A stretch of 64,000 nt of DNA from Felis catus (lineage: Eukaryota), in contig NC_058382.1 of NCBI RefSeq assembly GCF_018350175.1, positions 3,844,001 to 3,908,000 on the forward strand, read 5' to 3'. This document shows, piece by piece, positions 25,601-38,564 of this stretch. The notes under the pieces were generated by a model. It saw nothing but the letters and a program-made list of their open reading frames with translations. It had not been told where the DNA came from and ran no database searches. The position numbers and the translations under genes are program-made. The number at the start of each line of letters is the position of its first letter. Positions within the stretch are counted from its first letter, which is position 1.

Positions 25601-26500
25601 TGACTACCGCGCCAGCCAGCTCACCATCGTGCTGGAGGTGAGCGTGGCCTCCTGGCGGGCCGGGCGGGCTGGGCGATGGGATGCAGCCTTCATCTGCTGC
25701 CCCTTCCCCCCACCAGGACGAGGGCAGCCAGGGCACAGATGCTCCCACCCCTGGCAACGCGGAGAACGAGCCCCCAGAGAAGGAGGGGCTGTCCCCGCCC
25801 CGAAGGACACCCGCACCCCCGGAACCCAGCAGCCCGACCCCTGGTGAGGGGCCCAGCGGGCGCAAGAGGCGGCGAGGGCCCCGGGATGGACGCCGAGCCG
25901 GAGCTGTGCTGACTCCAGAACTGGCCCCAGTGCAGGTGGGACCAGGGCTCCTGCTTTGTGACAGTGCTGTGGGAGCCGGGCCCTGCAGCCCATGCAGGCT
26001 CAGGGCTGGGGCAGCTGGAGGAAGCAGGTTGGGCTGCAGGGGCTGGGATGGGCAGGGAAGGAGAAAGCTGGAAAAAGCCAGGTGGGGACTTGGGTGGAAA
26101 AGGAAGGAGAGAGACCTGGAGAAAGGAGGGGTAGGAGGGGGGCAGGAAGGAGGATGGAGAAGGTTGGGAGAGACCTGGAGGAGGCTGGGTAGGGGGCAGG
26201 TCGGAGGACTGGAGCAGGTGGGGACAGAGGAGGAGGATCAGAGAACAGGGGTGGAAGGGAAGGCAGGGCTGTTGGGGTTCTCCCCGAGGTGCCTGAGGTT
26301 GTCTGAGGAGGCAGAATGGTGAGGCCAGCGGCCTTTCTCTAGGTCCCAGGCCTGCTCATGCCTGCCCCTCTCTCCCCCAGATTAAGGTGGAGGAAGACTT
26401 CGGCTTCGAAGCAGATGAGGCCCTGGACTCCAGCTGGGTTTCTCGGGGGCCAGACAAACTGCTGCCCTACCCCACTCTAGCCAGCCCCGCCTTTGACTGA
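19437..26500 (+). CDS. TFPT: TCF3 fusion partner (INO80 complex subunit F/amida), 253 aa, 6 exons
   Basis: Exons 19437-19459, 19866-20124, 22654-22724, 25568-25637, 25717-25935, 26381-26500. All GT-AG, 762 nt. [34 protein letters not shown]...[13 protein letters not shown] matches human TFPT. Confidence 0.98.
19646..19850 (+). repeat. MSR1-like about 36-bp minisatellite (5-6 degenerate units) in TFPT intron 1, upstream of PRPF31
   Basis: Units such as tggatcctgggacgaagggctgggggcttgaactcc start at 19646, 19682 and 19751. They resemble the human MSR1 unit tgggtctgagggaggaggggctgggggcctggactcc (recalled). Confidence 0.8.
20790..21010 (-). mobile_element. MLT1-type LTR remnant in TFPT intron 2
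   Basis: Reverse MLT1 motifs (ggattagggcccac, tctgtgaagaccctatgtgccaaggtcatgttctgcagtactgggagagttaggact). Confidence 0.6.
23757..24500 (+). mobile_element. Mosaic of MER5A 5' end, 5'-truncated CAN-SINE and L1 3' fragment in TFPT intron 3
   Basis: gtggttctcacagtgtggtccctggaccagc, then a SINE body and A tail to about 23957, then L1 3'UTR-like sequence (agaattaccatgagatctagcaattcc, aaaaggaaggaaatc). A minus-strand SINE follows at about 24770-24990. Confidence 0.65.
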
Positions 26501-26513
26501 CCCCCCTGCCTCC

Positions 26514-26519
26514 AATAAA
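26514..26519 (+). terminator. TFPT: TFPT polyadenylation signal AATAAA
   Basis: AATAAA 13 nt after the stop codon. Confidence 0.85.
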
Positions 26520-26605
26520 CTGACCCACAGACTTGCCTTGGCCACCGTCTACTGTTTCCACCTCTGATCACACACAAGCTCAGATTCTGGGGTCGCTTTT
26601 CACAT

Positions 26606-26611
26606 TTTATT
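26606..26611 (-). terminator. NDUFA3: NDUFA3 polyadenylation signal AATAAA
   Basis: tttatt on plus, about 40 nt after the stop codon. Confidence 0.85.
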
Positions 26612-26652
26612 GGCCACAGGGGAGGGGGCCTCCTCCATGTCACCGGAGGTGC

Positions 26653-28859
<2,207 letters not shown>

Positions 28860-29100
28860 CTTGGTCGCGTAGGCGGCGGCGGCAAGAGCGCGGAGCACTC
28901 TGGGAGTTGTGGTCCCTGCGCCGGAGGCTTCGCTGAGTCTGCGCGTGCGCATTGGCAAAGAGCAGCTGTCCTGGGCCGCGGCGAGGACGCGGAGTACTCC
29001 CGAACTTGTGGTCCCCGCGCGCGTCTCCGCAGTCTGAGCCCGCGCGTGCGCACTGCCGCAGAACCACTGTCCGAAGCGGTGGCAAGAAAGGAGGCGGCGC
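28860..29100 (-). promoter_or_regulatory. NDUFA3: NDUFA3 CpG promoter with a duplicated ZNF143-like + NRF1 module
   Basis: YY1-like CAAGATGGC overlaps the ATG. SBS-like tgggagttgtggt at 28901-28913, NRF1-like TGCGCGTGCGCA at 28940-28951, and a second module copy 100 bp further upstream. Confidence 0.8.
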
Positions 29101-29938
29101 TGCAGATCTAAGTGCAAACCTGTCTCTTTCGCCTAGGAGTCACTCCGGAGCTGTACTCCCAGTCCTCCAGCTGCGACCCATCTAAGGCAGAATGCAATAG
29201 TCTTCAGTTTAGAGTTTGCTCAGGAAAGCCCATTTTATAGATGGAGAAGCGGAAGCTGGGAGAGGACAAATGACTGAACTATCATTTGAGGTCGCGGCTC
29301 AACATCAGTTCGTCCTGGAAGCTTTAACTCTCATCCCAGAAGGGTTAAGGGCCTTCTGTGGATTCTCTTAGCGCCATATGTGTCCTCCANNNNNNNNNNN
29401 NNNNNNNNNNNNNNNNNNNNNNNNNNNNNNNNNNNNNNNNNNNNNNNNNNNNNNNNNNNNNNNNNNNNNNNNNNNNNNNNNNNNNNNNNNNNNNNNNNNN
29501 NNNNNNNNNNNNNNNNNNNNNNNNNNNNNNNNNNNNNNNNNNNNNNNNNNNNNNNNNNNNNNNNNNNNNNNNNNNNNNNNNNNNNNNNNNNNNNNNNNNN
29601 NNNNNNNNNNNCTCTCTTTACATCAGCCTGGGAGCTGCTCTAGGGCAGTAATAGGGTCTGACTCCTCTCTGTGCCCCCAGAATAGTGCAGCACAGGGTCT
29701 GGCACATAATAAGTGCTAGTTGTCTTTTTTTTTTTTTTTTTTTTAATTAGTGAACTGCCCATTCTCCCAGCTTTTTCCACAGCACCATGGGGCTGTGACT
29801 CTGTCACCCAGAGGCCCCCACTTCCCTCCTCTCTTCCTTAAACAGAGCTCTGACTTTCTGATATTGCATTTCCTGAGACGTTAGAGGGCACGGCTGTGCC
29901 CTGGCTCCTACTTCTGCTCCAGCCGAGATCTGCCCACC

Positions 29939-31868
29939 ATGATCCTGGTGCTGATCCTGCTGCTGCTGGCCCTCTGTGAGCTGCTCCCCCCTTCTCCCTG
30001 GGTCCCAGGCTGGCTGGGGTGCAGGGAGATAGGCTGTGTGGAGCAGGTGTGGGGCAAGGAAGAGGGCTACTGAGTCTCCCTGAGGGCAGGTACAGGATAG
30101 TCAGGCAGCACTAGCTGAGGGTCCCGAATTCTAGGCCAGAATAAGGGGACAGGGCAGGGGGGCCAGATCCTTGGGTCCTAAAGCAGGAGGACACATGGAC
30201 CCTGAATTCCTGTTCCTGGAAGGGAAGAGGAGGGAGTGGGGACAGGATTCGCTGGGTGTGGAGGCAGGAGGATGCTAGGGTACCTGAACTCCTGGGGATA
30301 GCAAGTGTAGAATCCTGGATTCTGATGTGGGAGGGGATGAAGCCAGACCACTCGGGTCTCTGGGGAGAAGGGAGCTGGGGGCCCAGACTCCTGACCCCCA
30401 GGGAGGAGACCCTGTGGGCTCAGATTACTGTCTCCTGGAAAAGGGGAAGGGAGTCCAAGGGCCTGAACACTGGGTGTAGAGGCAAGAGGGGGCTGGGGCC
30501 AGACTTCGGGCTTCTGAAGTAGGTGAGGACTGAAGTCCACAGTTATGGCTACCGAGAGAGGTAAGATCCTGTTTCCCAGAGGAAGGAGGGCCTGGGGACT
30601 TAGGTTCCTGGGTTCACAATGAGATAGGATGGCAGCAGCCTAGGGCTTTGAAAAGACTTAGCCCCTCCACCTTCCGCAGGGCCTCTGTGTAATGCAGACA
30701 TCACGCCAACTGGTGAGTAATACCCTCCTTCTGTTCACCTGTATGCTGCTGACAGCCCATTTCCAACTACTCAGATTTCCTCTTGGTGCCCAGCTTCACC
30801 CCAGATTTCCGTATTTTCCTCCCTCCCTCCCTTCCCTTCTTTCATCTTGTCTCCCCTCTCCTTCCTTTCTTCTAACCTCTTAGGTTACCTCTTAGGTAAC
30901 CTTCTAACCTAACTTCCTTCTAACCTCACTCCCTTTAGTGACCAGGATAGGTGAGTCAGCTAAAGAGATGTAAGCTTCACCATATTATTCATTGACAACT
31001 TTGAACAAATTACCGCTTGCTGTTTCCTTCTCTGTGAAATGGGCTTTCCTGTGGATGTAATAAAATCACCCACGTGTACGGGTCGCCTGTCTGGCTCAGC
31101 GGGAAGAGCACGGGGCTCTTGATGTCGGGGTCATGAGTTCGAGCTCCATGTTGGGTGTAAAGATTACTTTAAAAATAAAATAAGGGGCCCCTGGGTGGCT
31201 GAGTCGGTGAAGCATCTGACTTCGGCTCAGGTCATGATCTCACGGTTCGTGAGTTCGAGCCCCGCATCAGGCTCTCTGCTGACAGCTCGGAGCCTGGAGC
31301 GAGTATTTTAAAAATTAATTAAAAAAACCCTTGGCTCAGAGCTTGGCATAATGCAGGGCAAGAAATAGGATCTCTGGGGGCGCCTGGGTGGCTCAGCCGG
31401 TGAAGCATCTGACTTCGGCTCAGGTCATGATCTTACGGTTCGTGAGTTCGAGCCCTGCATCAAGCTCTGTGCTGACAGCTCAGAGCCTGGAGCCTGTGTC
31501 AAATTCTGTGTCTCCCTCTCTCTCTGTTCCTCCCCTGCTCGCACTGTGTCTCTCTCTCTCTCTCAAAAATACGTAAAGATTTAAAAAAAAAAAAAAAAGA
31601 AAAGAAATAGGATCTCTGGCAATGCCGAGTATTGCCCCATTTGGAACGCTACATCCACGAGAGTAAGATTCTCCACCCTGAGATAGCCTTGGGTTTCTTT
31701 ACAGGTTTTGTCTTTTCTTTTCTTTTTCATTCCTTTTCTTTTCCTTTCTCTTTCTTTCTTACCTTTTTTTACTTATTTATTTTGAGAGAGAGAGAAAGCA
31801 CGAGTCAGGAGAGGGGCACAGCGAGAGAGGGAGAGAGGGAGAGGGAGAGAGAGGGAGAGAGAGGGAGG

Positions 31869-31906
<38 letters not shown>

Positions 31907-32776
31907 CCCAAGCAGCTCCACACTGTCAGCTTGAAGCCCAATGCGGGGCTCAAACCCACAAACCGTGAGATCATGACCTGAGCCGAAGTTGGATGTTCAG
32001 ATGGCTGAGCCACCTAGGCACCCCTCTTTTCAAGTTTTCTGATGGGTGAGGTCTCTTCTTTCTCTGAAACCTCCCCCACCACATGACAACTTCAAACAAG
32101 AATCACCTGGAAGACAACTGATACCTTAGCTATCAATTTATTTTAAATTATTATTTTTTAATGATAAATCTAACATATATTCATGATTTAAAAATTATTA
32201 CCAAAGGACTTAGAAACTCCCTCTTTCACTTCCCCATCTTCCTTAAATAAGCTCTGAATCCTTATTTTAAAAAAATCCCCATGCATTCAGACACATGTAT
32301 GTATTTATATACTTCTTTGTTTTCTTGCTGAGGCAAAATTGATATTTCATAACCTACAATGTTCTGCCTCTCACATTTTTCACTTTACAATCTGTGTTGC
32401 AGATGTTTCCATATTATTATAACTAACTCTGCTTTTTAAAAAAAATACCGTTTAACATTTGCTGATGTATGGTAGGATTTATTTTATTGGTCCTATTGAT
32501 GTATATTTAGGTTATTTACAGTATCCTCCTCCGGCCCTACCCCAATCAATAATTCAGCGAGTGCTCCAGTATGAGCTTTTTGTGCCCATATAGCTACATT
32601 TGTGTAGGGCAGAACAGGAATTATTGGGTTGTTTGTCATTTCCTCTGTGTATTTTGATAGAAATGGACAAATTGCCTTCTCAAAAGGTGCACTTAAGTGG
32701 ACCTAACTACTCGTTTCACTCTGTCTTCACCCAAACAGGATATAAACCATTGTTTAAATTTTTGACAAGCTGATAC

Positions 32777-32819
<43 letters not shown>

Positions 32820-35800
32820 ACTGTTAATTTTTTTTAATGACTACTACTAACATTAAGCAACTTCCCCTCCCCCCGCCATGTGTTTTAATCGATTGGACTT
32901 CCTCTTCTGTGTACTGCCTTATTCATATAATTTGTCCAATTTTCAACTTGGCTGGGGTTTGGGATTTCTTTCTCTACTCCTTTTTAAAAAATGTTTATTT
33001 TTTTTTTCAACATTGATTTATTTTTGGGACAGAGAGAGACAGAGCATGAACGGGGGAGGGGCAGAGAGAGAGGGAGACACAGCATCAGAAACAGGCTCCA
33101 GGCTCTGAGCCATCAGCCCAGAGCCCGACGCGGGGCTCGAACTCACAGACCGCGAGATCGTGACCTGGCTGAAGTCGGACGCTCAACCGGCTGCGCCACC
33201 CAGGCGCCCCAAAAAATGTTTATTTATTTTTGAGAGAGAGAGAGAATGGGAATGCAAGCGGGAGAGGGACAGAGAGAAAGGCACAAAGGATCTGAAGCGG
33301 GCTCTGCACTGATAGCAGTGAGCTTGATGTGGGACTTGAACTCACCAACTGCAAGATCGTGACCTGAGCTGAAGTCAGACACTCAGTCAACGGAGCTACC
33401 CAGATCCCCCTCTTTCCATACTCTTAATGTCTGTGATTAATGAATAAGTCATTTCTGTCAGGGCTGCTTCTTCTAGCTTATTTCTTCTATTCTCATACAC
33501 AACTTTAAAAATTTGAAGTCATCAAATTAATTAACCTTGTCTCTCCTGAGTTTTTTGTTTTATGTTTTAAGATAGCTGTCTCTGCCCCCAGGACAAATAT
33601 ATTTTCCTGTATTTTCTTCTCATACTTTAACAGTAAAACAAAACAAAATAAAACAATGCAGGTCTTTAATTAACCTGGAGCTGGTTCTGGGGAATGGTCT
33701 CAGGTACAGATACAACTTTTTTTTTTTTTTCTACCCAAATAGATAGCGAGTTCTGGCAACTATTGAAATATGTTGACTATGTTAAAAATAGTCAAGAGCA
33801 ATTTGAAATTGCAGATTTCTGGGACCCAATCCCTTGACATTATGTTTAAAAACCATGGAGTAAGGGGCGCCTGGGTGGCTCAGTCAGTTAAGCATCTGAC
33901 TTTGGCTCAGGTCATGATCTCATGGTTCATGAGTTCAAGCCCTGCATCAGGCTCTCTGCTGACAGCTCAGAGCCTGGAGTGAGTATTTTAAAAATTAATT
34001 AAAAAACCCTTGGGGCGTCTGGGTGGCTCAGTCGGTTAAGTGTCCGACTTCGGCTCAGGTCATGATCTCGCGGTCCGTGGGTTCGAGCCCCGCATCGGGC
34101 TCTGTGCTGACAGCTCGGAGCCTGGAGCCTGCTTCGGATTCTGTGTCTCCCTCTCTCTCTGACCCTCCCCTGTTCGTGCTCTGTCTCTCTCTGCCTCAAA
34201 AATAAATAAACGTTAAAAAAAAATTTTAAAAACCCTTGGCTCAGAGCTTGGCATAGTGCAGGGCAAGAAATAGGATCTCTGGGGGCACCTGGGTGGCTCA
34301 GTCGGTGAAGCATCTGACTTCAGCTCAGGTCATGATCTCATCACAGATCATGAGTTCGAGCCCCGCATCAGGCTCTGTGCTGACAGCTTGGAGCCTAGAG
34401 CCTGTTTCTGATTCTGTCTCTGTCTCTTTCTCTGGGAAATGAACAAACATTCAAACAAACCATGGAGTAAAGCTTAGGAGTTGCCCTGATGCTCTGACTT
34501 GTAGCTAGTGTTGACAATCCTTGACTGGAGTCAGTGCGTCCTATTTTACAAGCAGGAAACCGAGGATGAGAAAGAAGCAGTGATTGCCCCAGGTGATTCT
34601 CTTCCCACCCCATCTCCTCGGGCTCTCAGGAAGCCCAGGGACCCAGGCAGCCCTGTTTATTCAGTCCCCCCAGCCTCATACCCCAAGCCGTGGCTAGGGG
34701 CTCAGCCTGCCGCAATTGTAACCCCTGGGGTCAACGTGACCTTGAGTTGCCGGGCACCTCAACCTGCCTGGAGGTTTGCACTCTTCAAGTCTGGAAGGAT
34801 CATCCCTGTGCTGTACCGGGGCGTGTCCATGGAGCTGGCAGAGTTCTTCCTGGAGGAGGTGACCCCAGCCCAGGGGGGCAGTTACCACTGCTGCTACCGG
34901 AGGCTAGGCTGGAGTCTGGGTGTCTGGTCCCACCCGAGTGATACGCTGGAACTGCTTGTGACAGGTGAGGTCCTGGGGTGGGGAAAAAGAAGGGACATTG
35001 GGGCAGGATGAGGGAGGGAAAAGGAGGGACGGACATACAGGGAGAGAGAACTGAAAGAGACATAAAGACAGGCTTCTACAATGACACAGAGGAAAAGAGC
35101 TACATGGGGAGAGAAAGAGAACCAGAGAAGCAGGGGTGATTCTTAACAGGGAGGACTGTGCCCCCCAGGTGATCTTTGGCAATATCCGGAGACATTTTTG
35201 GTCGCCGTGACTGGGGAGAGGTGTGCTACTGTCATCCAGTGGGTAGAGCGAGACCAGAGATGCTGCAAAGCACGGGGCAGCCCGCACCCTCCTCCCGTAA
35301 AACAAAGAATTATCCAGATGTATCCAAAATGTCACTAGTGCTGAGGTTAGGAAACCTTGGGAGAAACCCCGAACCACAAGGAGAAAGTATTGGGGAGAGA
35401 CTGCCTCTGAGATTCAGGACAGTAAAACACACGGGACGGGGAGGAGGGGGGGAGGGAAAAACACAGAATTTTGGTGAGGCAACAAGCGGAGAGAGAAAAG
35501 GGGACATCGAGGGAGATGGAGATGCGGAGAACACAGAAAGGCATACTTGGGGACGAAGACACAGGGGGAACACAGGGACAAGGACGCAAAGGGCACAGAG
35601 ATCCACGAGGAGGCAGAGAAACTGAGGGAGACACAGGCAGAGATTGAGAGGGACGGACAGACTGAGGGAGGGGAGGGGGGAGGGTGGATGAGGAGGGGAA
35701 GGGGAGGGGAGGGGGAGGGACGGAGGGAGGAAGAGGCCGAGGGCGGAGAGGGAAGGGGGAAACGAGGAAGGGGGAAGGGACCAGGGAGAAGAAGAGGGAG

Positions 35801-37265
35801 CCCAGGAGGGACCGGAGGGAGGGAGGCCGAGGCGGCAGGAGGAGGGGGAGGAGGAAGAGGGGCGAAAGCCGGGGAAGGCGGGGGGGGGGGGGGGGCGCAG
35901 GGCCGCGCCAGCGCTCGCCCCCGTCCGTGCCCCTCGCAGACGAGCTGCCGCGCCCGTCGCTGGTGGCGCTGCCCGGCCCGGTGGTGGCGCCCGGGGCCAA
36001 CGTGAGCCTGCGCTGCGCGGGCCGCCTGGGGGGCATGAGCTTCGCGCTGTACCGCGTGGGCGAGGCGGCGCCGGTGCAGTACCGCCGCTCGGCGCAGCCC
36101 TGGGCCGACTTCCCGCTGCGCGGCGCCCGCGCGCCCGGCACCTACAGCTGCTACTACCACACGCCATCCTCCCCGTACGTGCTTTCGCAGCGCAGCGAGC
36201 CGCTGGTCATCAGCGCCGACGGTGAGGGCTGCGCGCGGCCCCAGCCCCTGCTCCTGCTCCCGGACCCGCAGCCCCTCCGTGCTTTCCATCCTGGGGGTCC
36301 GGGCCCCCAGCCCCTTCTCATGGGACCCGGGGGTCCGGGCCCCTAGCCCCTCCCTGCTCCCCATCCTGGGGGTCCGGGTCCCCAGCCCCTTCTCATCGGA
36401 CCTGGGGATCTGGGCCCCAGGTTCCTCCCTGCTCCCCAACCCGGGGGTCCGGACGCCTAGCCCCTCCCTGCTCCCCATCCTAGGGGCTCGGGCCCCCAAC
36501 CCCTCCTGCTACCACCTGGGGGTCCGGGTCCTCAGCCCCTTCTCATCCGACCAGGGGGTCTGGGCCCCTAGCCCCTCCCTGCTCCCCAGCCCAGGGGTCA
36601 GGTCTCCCAGCTCCTCCCTGCTCTTCAACCCAAGGGTCCCGCCCCCCAGCCCCTCCCTGCTCCCCTGCATCCTGGGAGTCCGGGCCCCCAGCCCCTCCTG
36701 CTACTCACCTGGGGGTCTGCGCCCCCAGCCCCTTCTCATCTGACCCCACGGTTGGGCCCCTGGTTCCTCCCTGCTCCCCATCCTGGGGGTCCTGACCCCG
36801 GGTTCCTCCCTGCTCTCCAGCCCAAGGGTCCAGGCCCCTAGCCCATCCCTGCTTCCCAACCAGGGAGTCTGGGCCTCCAGCCCCTCCCTGCTCCCCACCT
36901 GGGGGTCTAGGGCCCTGGCTCCTCCCTGCTCCCCAACCTGGGGGTTCAGGCCCTATCCCCTCCTCCCCAAACCCAAGGGTTCAGGACCCCTGCTCGCACT
37001 GACCCACCTCAACTTTGAGACTGGGAATTGTGTCTGCAGTCTCACCCTGGAGGTTAGAGACCAGGAGGGCAGGGCAGGCCGAAACTGGGTTCGGAAGCTG
37101 AAGACCCCTCTTCCTCGCTGCCCTGCAGGCTCAGGCTCCTTGGACTACACACAGGGCAACCTCGTCCGCCTGGGGCTAGCCGGCCTGGTGCTCCTCTCCC
37201 TGGGCACGCTGGTCTTTTTGGACTGGAGCAGCCGGAGTCGCATCCCATGTAGCGTTCGGCCCTGA
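29939..37265 (+). CDS. OSCAR: Osteoclast-associated Ig-like receptor, 262 aa, 5 exons
   Basis: Exons 29939-29975, 30680-30712, 34665-34964 (Ig1), 35940-36221 (Ig2), 37129-37265 (TM/tail). All GT-AG, 789 nt. MILVLILLLLALWPLCNADITPTVPPASYPKPWLGAQP...YTQGNLVRLGLAGLVLLSLG with the conserved FcR-gamma-coupling TM Arg. Confidence 0.97.
30160..30640 (+). repeat. Highly degenerate MSR1-like minisatellite in OSCAR intron 1
   Basis: Recurrent ggagctgggggcccagactcctg / gggggctggggccagacttc / cctgaactcctgggg motifs with a period of roughly 35-40 bp. Confidence 0.55.
31075..31602 (+). mobile_element. Three CAN-SINEs inserted in a MIR remnant (OSCAR intron 2); source-like copy of a composite element
   Basis: Heads at about 31080, 31185 and 31376. 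The last has TSD aagaaataggatctctgg. Confidence 0.85.
31760..33410 (-). mobile_element. Minus-strand CAN-SINEs (about 31760-32025, 32990-33210, 33215-33410) flanking an old AT-rich L1-like fragment
   Basis: Reverse SINE bodies (gagagagacagagcatgaacgggggaggggcag ... cccaggcgcccc) with AT-rich L1-like sequence between them. Confidence 0.8.
33864..34456 (+). mobile_element. Composite SINE-spacer-SINE element flanked by a 14-bp TSD, with a later SINE inserted inside
   Basis: TSD aaaccatggagtaa at 33850-33863 and 34457-34470. The inner SINE has TSD aaaaacccttgg at 34002-34013 and 34228-34239. Confidence 0.85.
35140..35360 (+). mobile_element. MER20-like DNA transposon; further copies at about 52205-52420 (minus) and 55005-55215 (plus)
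   Basis: gtgatctttggcaatatccggagacatttttggtcgccgtgactgggga...gaattatcca...aaaatgtcactagtgctgaggttaggaaacc resembles the MER20 consensus. Confidence 0.75.
35665..35895 (+). repeat. Purine/G-rich low-complexity tract ending in a G16 run just upstream of OSCAR exon 4
   Basis: Many GGG/GGGG runs separated by A, with a pure G run at 35880-35895. Confidence 0.9.
36291..36995 (+). repeat. MSR1-like 36-39 bp minisatellite, about 19 units, in OSCAR intron 4 (C-rich strand on plus)
   Basis: Unit ctgggggtccgggcccccagcccctccctgctccccatc, with a variant ending ccccttctcat..gac. Tandem periodicity is directly visible. Confidence 0.93.
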
Positions 37266-37489
37266 GTCCTGGAGGACTGGATATAGACGCCCTGAAGCGT
37301 GAGAAGACTTTCCAGAGGTGGCGAGAAGAAGCAGGGATTCCCGGGGTTGGACCGGCCCTTGCAAGAGCCCCACAGTTGGGCTGAGCCCAGCTGCTGAATA
37401 AGAATCTGCTTCATACTGTGTGTTCTCCCTCCCTTCTGGGCCAGTACCTCCTAGATCCGTGGAAGGCGCTATCCGTGGTTAAGGCTTCC

Positions 37490-37705
37490 CAGTCACAAGG
37501 CCTGGGTTCGATTCCCAGTGCTGCTGCCTCCTCGCTGGGATACTAGGAAGATGACCTTTGCCAAGTCTCAGTTGCCTGGACTGTAAAATGGGCTCACTGA
37601 TAATACTCACTTCCTAGGATTATTGTAGGATTAAGTGGGCAATACGCACAAAGCCCTTAAAAGCGACTGGCCCATAGCAAACGCTCAATAAATGTTAGCT
37701 ATCGG
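37490..37705 (+). mobile_element. MIR element in the OSCAR 3' region, carrying AATAAA at 37687-37692
   Basis: ctcagttgcctggactgtaaaatggg...ggattattgtaggattaagt...cccatagcaaacgctcaataaatgttagct matches the MIR 3' end. Confidence 0.8.
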
Positions 37706-38564
37706 ATGAGTGTGGTTTCTACTCAAGGCTCAGGGCTGGAATGAAGTCACAGTCTTTTTTTCCATGGTGCCACCTCCAGCTCACCTTGTAAGCAATTCGC
37801 TGCCACTTCCTTCGTGACATCATTCCCGGTCGCCAAGCAAACCTCTTTCAAACCCCCTGCTCAGACCTTCCCCAAAGGTGGGCCAAGGTCAGATCAAGTG
37901 GAACTTCTCTGATTACAGCTTCATTTGCATGCACTGCAGACTGGTTTCTTGAGCCGTCATTAGGATTAAGAGGCATCCACTGCCAAGGCAACAGCAAGGC
38001 CGGTGTGCACAGTAGACCTTTGACGTGGACATTAACACATTGCACCTGGCCTGTTTCCCCGCTGGCTCTTGGCTGCCTTCGAGGTTGTCCAAATAACATA
38101 AACCGTTCCTCACGCAGGCCGCTTGCTCTCCCCTCTTACCTCTCTGGAAGGCCTGACTACATTCAAGTTTCTCCTGTAAAATGGAATGGAAAATGGTGGA
38201 ATAGAGGGGTGGCCTGAAGCTCCCCCCTAGTCATACGGGAAGTCAGTGGCGCATCAGGGAGGCTCCCCCTGACTTTGTGCTTCCACTCATTTCTGGTTCC
38301 TTTGCTTTTCAACCATTTCTCGTCATCCATCCACCTGCTCATTGATTCTCATCCTTCTTTCCTTCCATCCCTCCGTCCCCTTTGCACTTGCTCTCATTGG
38401 ATTTTCTATCCTTTCTTTTGCCCTTACCCATCATTCATTCATTCTTACACCCATTCCTCCCTTTATTAATCAGTTAATCAGCTTATTAATCCAGTCACCT
38501 ATTTACTATACTCATTCAGTATCTATCAACCAACCGATGCATTTAATTCCTTTTTAAAGATTTT

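Noticed and set aside
35310-36499. Long minus-strand ORFs (264-361 aa) with repeated motifs
   Set aside because: Artefacts of the G-rich tract, the CpG-rich OSCAR exon 4 antisense and the minisatellite.
36291-36995. Possible CRISPR-like repeat-spacer array
   Set aside because: Contiguous degenerate tandem units without unique spacers, in a mammalian intron; this is a minisatellite.
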